From: Spirochaetia bacterium
GTDB taxonomy: Bacteria; Spirochaetota; Spirochaetia; CADAEX01
Length of the DNA stretch: 64,000 nt
Reading direction: 5' to 3'
NCBI GenBank assembly: GCA_963662795.1
Contig: OY759746.1
Coordinates: 480,001 to 544,000, forward strand
A model generated the notes under the pieces. It was given only the letters and a program-made list of their open reading frames with translations, had not been told where the DNA came from and ran no database searches. Shown here in pieces: positions 58,125-64,000 of this stretch. Position 1 is the stretch's first letter; the number at the start of each line of letters is the position of its first letter. Made by a program: the position numbers and the translations under genes.

Positions 58125-60230
58125 ATGATGGCCGGATTTAAACAGAACTTATTATCAGCAGTTTTCCTTCTGATTGTTATTGTTCCGGCTGTCATTCTCT
58201 CTTTTTTCGCGATAAGGGCAGTTAACCAGGAAGAAATGGTTCAGAAAAGGCGTCTTGAAGATGCCCTGCTGCTCGAGCTTGAACAGACAAATACTATCCT
58301 CAACCTTAATTTAGAGCAGATAATCCAGGAGCTTCACGACACCATTCCCGACGGCGCGGATGCAGATGCGGTTTCCGGGTTTATCAAATGGGAAACCGCA
58401 AATCCGTTAGCCGGAACATCCTATATCCTGAATAAGGACGGATCAATCCACTATCCTGATATTTCAGACAAAAAGATGCAGAAGGAAGTCAGCGATAAAG
58501 TAAATCTTTTTTACTGGAGATATTTAAATCTTTTTTCAAACAAGGAATCAATTCCGATCTACCGGAATATTGCATCTGAATATGAAAAGGAAATTCTCGA
58601 CGAGAAAACGCGGGATACCCCGGCTGAAGGTGGGGAGTCTTCAGAAATTCCGGAAAATGCAGCTTCGGACTTTATCAGGGACAGTATTGCTGATACCGGA
58701 AAGAAAGATTCAGTAAAAGCAGAGACTGCTGAACAGGCAGCCGGGAAAGCAGCCGACCTTTACGGGTCAGACGATAAAACCGGTTCTCCGTCCACGTTCG
58801 CGTCCCCATCCACATCAGCACCTCTCCTCCCCGGCCCTTCATCACCAAGATCAAAATCAGCATTGGGTATATTTGAATCAGATACAGCTGTTCAGGAGAG
58901 GGTATATAAAAAAGCCGAAGAAGAAGGCCAGCAGTACCTGACGCGGAATGTCCTGCCTCAGATAGCGCTTACACCCCGCAAGGAAAATACGCAGACAGTA
59001 GTCAGGTCAGTCTATATAGAATCCACGAAATATTTTGAGGACATTATAAGGGATAATGAATACGGTGTAATTCCCCGCCTTTTCGACAGCGAATTTATAC
59101 TCCTCTACTGGGAAAAACAGGGAGACATAGTCGCAGGCTGCGAAATCCATATGCCGGCTTTAAATGAAAAACTGGCCGGAGCGATCCAGACTCCCGTAAA
59201 TTCATTCCGCTTCATCAATATTCTTGATCAGGGCGGTTCCCCTGTGATTCCAGTCTCAGGCAATAATGCGAATGAGTCAATCAGTGCGGAAAAATGGAGG
59301 CAGCCCTTTGTCGCGAAAGAAATCAGCGGAATCCTTCCATACTGGGAGACAGCCATACTCTTAAGGTCACCTGAAGAGTTCCGGAAGCAGATTGAAAACT
59401 CCCGGTATTTTCTTTCATCTGTTATTGCGCTTCTGTGTATACTTATTTTTTCGGGGATCACCGCAATCTACTATTTCTCATCTGCCCGTCTGAGAGAGGT
59501 ACAGCAGAAGGCCGGCTTCGTGACAAATGTTTCGCATGAACTCAAGACCCCGCTTACATCAATCAGGATGTATTCGGAGATGCTTTCGGAAGGATATCAG
59601 AAAGACCCTGAAAAAATTCAGAAATATTCTTCATATATCGCGTCCGAGAGTCAGAGGCTTACAAGGCTTATAAACAATGTTCTTGATTTCGCTAAACTTG
59701 AAAAAGGATCAAAAGTATTTAACTTTGAATTAATTGATATTAATTCGCTCATCAGCGATCTCCTTCCATCCCATAAAGAGGAGTTAGAAAAAAGCGGGTT
59801 TATCCTTGCTTTTCATCCGGCAGCCCTGCCTCTTTACGCATACTGTGACAGGGAAGCTGTTACGCAGGTGCTGATAAACCTTATTTCAAACGCGGTAAAA
59901 TATTCCGGAGAAAACAAGGATATTGAAATCAGGACGGAAAAGGATGATAACCGGGTTTCCGTAAAAATAATTGACAGAGGGATCGGGATACATAAAAAAT
60001 ACCGTAAAAAAATATTCAGGGAATTTTTCAGGATTGACACGACACTTACTTCAGACTCAAAAGGGACCGGACTGGGCCTTTCAATCGCAAGAAAAATAAT
60101 GAGACAGCACGGCGGAGACCTGGTTTTTTCCCCTGTCAATGCTGATGATTACAGGGCAGGAAGCATCTTCACTCTGCTTTTTCCGGAAGCTGAAATAAAA
60201 GAGGCAGGATCTACGGGAGATAAAACATGA
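58125..60230 (+). CDS. Sensor histidine kinase with large extracytoplasmic region
   Basis: Two TM segments; VSHELKTPL, NLISNAVKYS, DRGIGI, GTGLGL. Confidence 0.93.
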   Translation: MMAGFKQNLLSAVFLLIVIVPAVILSFFAIRAVNQEEMVQKRRLEDALLLELEQTNTILNLNLEQIIQELHDTIPDGADADAVSGFIKWETANPLAGTSYILNKDGSIHYPDISDKKMQKEVSDKVNLFYWRYLNLFSNKESIPIYRNIASEYEKEILDEKTRDTPAEGGESSEIPENAASDFIRDSIADTGKKDSVKAETAEQAAGKAADLYGSDDKTGSPSTFASPSTSAPLLPGPSSPRSKSALGIFESDTAVQERVYKKAEEEGQQYLTRNVLPQIALTPRKENTQTVVRSVYIESTKYFEDIIRDNEYGVIPRLFDSEFILLYWEKQGDIVAGCEIHMPALNEKLAGAIQTPVNSFRFINILDQGGSPVIPVSGNNANESISAEKWRQPFVAKEISGILPYWETAILLRSPEEFRKQIENSRYFLSSVIALLCILIFSGITAIYYFSSARLREVQQKAGFVTNVSHELKTPLTSIRMYSEMLSEGYQKDPEKIQKYSSYIASESQRLTRLINNVLDFAKLEKGSKVFNFELIDINSLISDLLPSHKEELEKSGFILAFHPAALPLYAYCDREAVTQVLINLISNAVKYSGENKDIEIRTEKDDNRVSVKIIDRGIGIHKKYRKKIFREFFRIDTTLTSDSKGTGLGLSIARKIMRQHGGDLVFSPVNADDYRAGSIFTLLFPEAEIKEAGSTGDKT

Positions 60231-60931
60231 TAAAAATACTGATTGCCGAAGATGATAAACCGATCAGGGAGGGGCTTTGCGATCTTCTTTCCTCGGAAGG
60301 TTATGAAGTGCTGAGCGCAGATAACGGTGCAAAGGCCCTGGAACTTTATAACTCACGTGTTTTGGACCTAGCCATTCTTGATATCATGATGCCGAAAATG
60401 AGCGGATACGATGTCTGCAGGGAAATCCGGAAAAAAGACTCCAGCCTGCCGGTCATATTTCTTACAGCAAAGGAAGAGGAAATCGACAAGGTTGTCGGGC
60501 TTGAAATCGGGGCTGATGATTATATTGTAAAACCATTCGGAGTAAGGGAACTGCTTGCGAGAATAAGGACTGTTCTGCGGAGAACACAGTATTCCGATAA
60601 CGGTGAGGGGCACCTTAAGGCGGGTGAAGAGCCGTTTGAATTCGGAGAGTGCCGCGTCGACCCTGCCCGCTTTAAGCTGCACAGGAAAGATGAAACGTTC
60701 GACCTTACTGAACGGGAGGTTGAACTGCTCACCTATTTTTACTGCCGTCCGGGAGAAGTCCTTACCCGCAACCACCTGCTTGATAAATTCTGGGGAATCG
60801 AATACAGCGGCACGACACGCACACTGGACCAGCACATAGCGAAACTCAGGCAGAAGGTTGAGGATGATCCTGCCCGGCCGCGCCACATAATCACAGTTCA
60901 CGGGACAGGATACCGCTTCAGCAGGGGATAA
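60227..60931 (+). CDS. OmpR-family response regulator
   Basis: ILIAEDD, LDIMMP, GADDYIVKPF, RTLDQHIAKLRQK, TVHGTGYRF. Confidence 0.95.
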   Translation: MIKILIAEDDKPIREGLCDLLSSEGYEVLSADNGAKALELYNSRVLDLAILDIMMPKMSGYDVCREIRKKDSSLPVIFLTAKEEEIDKVVGLEIGADDYIVKPFGVRELLARIRTVLRRTQYSDNGEGHLKAGEEPFEFGECRVDPARFKLHRKDETFDLTEREVELLTYFYCRPGEVLTRNHLLDKFWGIEYSGTTRTLDQHIAKLRQKVEDDPARPRHIITVHGTGYRFSRG

Positions 60932-61015
60932 ACCGGCAGGCAATAATTCACGGGAAATAAAGTTTGAATGCGCTGAAAAAACTGTTAAAATATTTTATAT
61001 CGGGAGAGAAGAAGT

Positions 61016-61579
61016 ATGAAAATAATAAAGGAAGAGACTTTAAGGACAGAAGCTGTTATTGAAGCGGCGAAAAGAATGATGACAGCGGCAAGAACCGCGC
61101 CGAAGGGAAAAGGGAAAGACAATCTGACTATCGCGCTGCTTGATAAAGATGAAATAAAGGCAGTTTCTGATAAATTAAAGGAAATGCACCGCGAAATGAA
61201 TCTGGCTGATTTTTTTCTGCGCGATGCTGTGAATATACTCTCGGCAGATGCCATGATTATCATCGGGACTAAAATACAGTCCATGGGGCTTACTCCCTGC
61301 GGCATGTGCGGGTTTGCCGACTGTGCAGAAAAGAACAGCCACCCGGCTCACCCCTGTGTTTTCAACACTGGTGATCTTGGAATCGCAATTGGTTCTGCCG
61401 TAAGCGCAGCCATGGACAGCAGGATCGACAACAGGGTTATTTACACAGCCGGACAGGCAATACTCAGGATGGGTATACTTGAAGATGACGTAAAAATTGT
61501 ATATGCGATTCCGTTAAGCGTCAGCGGAAAAAACCCTTTTTTCGACAGAAAACAGGAAGAGCTGATAAAAAATGCTTAA
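61016..61579 (+). CDS. Ferredoxin-domain protein (DUF2148-like)
   Basis: AARTAPKGKG, CGMCGFADC, DLGIAIGSA, DNRVIYTAG, GKNPFFDR. Confidence 0.8.
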   Translation: MKIIKEETLRTEAVIEAAKRMMTAARTAPKGKGKDNLTIALLDKDEIKAVSDKLKEMHREMNLADFFLRDAVNILSADAMIIIGTKIQSMGLTPCGMCGFADCAEKNSHPAHPCVFNTGDLGIAIGSAVSAAMDSRIDNRVIYTAGQAILRMGILEDDVKIVYAIPLSVSGKNPFFDRKQEELIKNA

Positions 61580-61660
61580 ACGCATACCTTTAATAAAAGT
61601 ATTGCAGTTAACACAATAAAATCAGGCCGGCTGACCGGCATACAGGGATGGGAACAATAG

Positions 61661-62317
61661 ATGAATAATCCGTGGCTCAATATTCCGGCATCAGATTACG
61701 AAGGGCATATGGGACTTCCTGAAGTAGGTCAGTTGGCATTTCTGGGGAATGTGTTCAAAGAAGCGCTAAACAAATATGATTCCCGCTCTTTGGCGTATCT
61801 GGGGTGCGCCACAGGAAACGGGCTTGAATATATTGACAATAAAAAAACAGAGCAATTAACCGTAATAGATATTAATCCTGAATATCTTGAAATACTTAAA
61901 ACCCGATATAATAAACAAATACCAAACATGGAAATAATAGAAGCAGATCTGTGCAGTTATAATGGGAGCGGGAAAAGGTATTCGCTGATATTCGCAGGGC
62001 TGCTTTTCGAATATGTATCTCCGGAAACTCTTCTCCTGAAAATATCGAACTGGATTGAGAATAAAGGGGTACTGGTTGCAGTGCTGCAGCTCGGGGACAG
62101 AAACATGAAAAAGGTTTCAGGGACACCGTACATAAGCTTAAAAATGCTTGAACCGGTAATGAACCTTGTATCGGAAAAAGATTTCAGATTAATTGCACAG
62201 GAATGCGGAATGAGTGAAACCGAAGGTAAAAGAGTCACACTTAAAAGCGGTAAATCATTTTATATTGGCGCATATCAGAAGACTGAATACATGTTTTCAA
62301 CTGGACTTCAGGCATAA
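61661..62317 (+). CDS. Class I SAM-dependent methyltransferase
   Basis: YLGCATGNG, VIDINPEY, EADL. Confidence 0.8.
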   Translation: MNNPWLNIPASDYEGHMGLPEVGQLAFLGNVFKEALNKYDSRSLAYLGCATGNGLEYIDNKKTEQLTVIDINPEYLEILKTRYNKQIPNMEIIEADLCSYNGSGKRYSLIFAGLLFEYVSPETLLLKISNWIENKGVLVAVLQLGDRNMKKVSGTPYISLKMLEPVMNLVSEKDFRLIAQECGMSETEGKRVTLKSGKSFYIGAYQKTEYMFSTGLQA

Positions 62318-62378
62318 ACTGTTGGTATCTTTAATTCATACTAAAAATATATGATATATCATACAGCTTAGGAGGTTT

Positions 62379-62489
62379 ATGACAACAGATACCGGAGCTC
62401 CTTTAAATGCTCAGAAAGATATTTATATTTCAGCGCCTATGGAAAATGTATGATCACTGCTTACGGGGATTGCACGGTATAAAACATAA
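62379..62489 (+). pseudogene. Truncated remnant of an SRPBCC/START-family gene
   Basis: AGGAGG RBS; MTTDTG...IYISAPMENV*SLLTGIARYKT*, with stops where the family pattern IxAPxExVWxxLT...W has Trp. Confidence 0.45.
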
Positions 62490-62502
62490 GGAGTATGAAA
62501 AA

Positions 62503-63333
62503 ATGACAAACAGTATAAATGACCGTACTTTGCTTAATAACGGAATTGAAATGCCGTGGCTGGGTTTTGGAGTATATAAGATAAAAGATGAACAGGAAGT
62601 AGTAAATTCGGTAAAATATGCTCTTGAAGCCGGCTACAGAAGTATTGATACTGCATCTGTTTATGGAAATGAACAGGGTGTCGGCCGGGCTATCAGAGAG
62701 AGCGGGATACCGCGCGGGGATATTTTTTTGACAACCAAGGTCTGGAATGATGATCAGCGCAGGAAAAGCACATTAGAGGCATTTGAAGAAAGCCTTAAAC
62801 GGCTTAAAACCGAATACGTGGATTTGTACCTGATCCATTGGCCTGTAAAGGATTGTTATAAAGAAACGTGGCATGTGATGGAAAAAATATATCAAAGCGG
62901 CTGCGCCAAAGCCATAGGAGTCAGTAATTTCATGATACACCATCTTGAAGATCTTCTGGATAACAGCCGGACTGTTCCCGGTGTGAATCAGGTGGAGTTC
63001 CATCCGCTGCTTGTTCAGCCTGATTTATTAAAATACTGTCAAAGTCATAAGATTCAACTGGAAGCATGGAGTCCTTTGATGCAGGGGCAGATAATAACTG
63101 AACAGGTTGTTCAAACACTTGCTGAAAAATACCACCGCAGCCCGGCCCAGATTGTACTGCGCTGGGATATTCAGCATAAAGTGGTTACAATTCCCAAATC
63201 AACTCACTCAAACCGTATCGACGAAAACGCTCAGATTTTCGACTTTGAATTATCACAGGAAGACATGAATGCACTGGATGCCCTGAATGAGGGGAAACGG
63301 AGCGGTCCTGATCCTGATAACTTTAATTTTTAA
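62503..63333 (+). CDS. Aldo/keto reductase (YvgN/DkgA-like)
   Basis: GFGVYK, IDTASVYGNE, DLYLIHWP, IGVSNF, NQVEFHP, IPKS; AAGGAG RBS before ATG 62503. Confidence 0.93.
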   Translation: MTNSINDRTLLNNGIEMPWLGFGVYKIKDEQEVVNSVKYALEAGYRSIDTASVYGNEQGVGRAIRESGIPRGDIFLTTKVWNDDQRRKSTLEAFEESLKRLKTEYVDLYLIHWPVKDCYKETWHVMEKIYQSGCAKAIGVSNFMIHHLEDLLDNSRTVPGVNQVEFHPLLVQPDLLKYCQSHKIQLEAWSPLMQGQIITEQVVQTLAEKYHRSPAQIVLRWDIQHKVVTIPKSTHSNRIDENAQIFDFELSQEDMNALDALNEGKRSGPDPDNFNF

Positions 63334-63409
63334 TTATACACCGGCCCAATTCAATCAGCAGGCGTTCATTTCGGAAATATCCTTAAATCATATAAAGATG
63401 GTAATTATT

Positions 63410-64000
63410 ATGAATAAAATCGGAATACCTTTAATGACCTTATTTCTCCTGTTTTCTTCAGCAACACTTGTGCTGCTTATTTTTTTACTGACAAACAGCA
63501 CCGGAAAACCTGAATTATTTCTTGACGATAAGAAAAATATTTTAATAAACAGTATTTCGGAAAAAGGTTTTATTGAAATCAACGGAGGGAAAACCGGGTT
63601 TTTTATCAAAGGAAGAAATATAAATAATCCGGTGCTGCTTTATTTACACGGCGGAATGCCGGATTATTTTCTTACTCAGGATTTCCCTACCGGACTTGAT
63701 AAAATATTTACTGTTGTCTGGTGGGATCAGCGGGGTGCCGGGTTATCCTTCAACGCACAACTGGATAGAAATTCCGTTAACATCGACAGCCTGATAGAAG
63801 ATACAAAGGAAATTACAAATTACCTTGGTAAAAGATTTTCGCAGGACAAAATATATTTAATGGCACATTCGGGCGGAACATTTCCTGGCGTTAAAGTAAT
63901 CGAAAAATATCCTGAACTGTACCATGCTTACATTGGTGTTGCCCAGATATCATATCAGAAGCTGTCAGAGAAAAAAGCTTATGATTATATCACAGGGCGC
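63410..64000 (+). CDS. Alpha/beta hydrolase with N-terminal membrane anchor, runs off the window end
   Basis: Not in the ORF track; manual translation gives PVLLYLHGG, WDQRGAG and the nucleophile motif GHSGG. Start is 63398 or 63410. Confidence 0.87.
   Translation, partial: MNKIGIPLMTLFLLFSSATLVLLIFLLTNSTGKPELFLDDKKNILINSISEKGFIEINGGKTGFFIKGRNINNPVLLYLHGGMPDYFLTQDFPTGLDKIFTVVWWDQRGAGLSFNAQLDRNSVNIDSLIEDTKEITNYLGKRFSQDKIYLMAHSGGTFPGVKVIEKYPELYHAYIGVAQISYQKLSEKKAYDYITGR

Noticed and set aside
63388-63609. 73-aa minus-strand ORF from the track
   Set aside because: It is antisense to the partial alpha/beta hydrolase on the plus strand.

Overview
Bacterial chromosomal window, probably from an anaerobic spirochaete-like organism (inferred from signal-peptide style and gene content, not proven). 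(1) 1-12.5 kb is a visibly AT-rich, minus-strand catabolic island behind a canonical sigma-54 promoter and three identical palindromes. It encodes an FGGY kinase, sugar ABC transporter, SDR, non-canonical TIM-family isomerase, SAF-domain oxidoreductase, E1alpha/E1beta, a split E2 (free lipoyl protein plus catalytic core, no E3) and an NtrC-type regulator. (2) 12.5-17.9 kb is a nested stack of dead IS elements (IS21 inside IS5 inside IS66, next to an IS3 remnant) with readable inverted repeats and two target duplications. (3) 17.9-64 kb is GC-richer backbone: panE, feoAB, an arginyltransferase, a uracil permease with a pyrL-like leader/attenuator, a DRTGG/CBS-kinase/DRTGG/PHP module, the methanogen-type homocysteine trio, argH, clpB, an ArsR-regulated metal permease, tRNA-fMet, a TRAP/split-transketolase/GarR sugar-acid operon, and a vWA plus two-component locus. 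The best candidates for undescribed systems are the sigma-54 island pathway, the CBS-kinase/DRTGG/PHP switch and the transketolase-GarR aldonate route. All product calls come from motif recognition by eye, without database searches.
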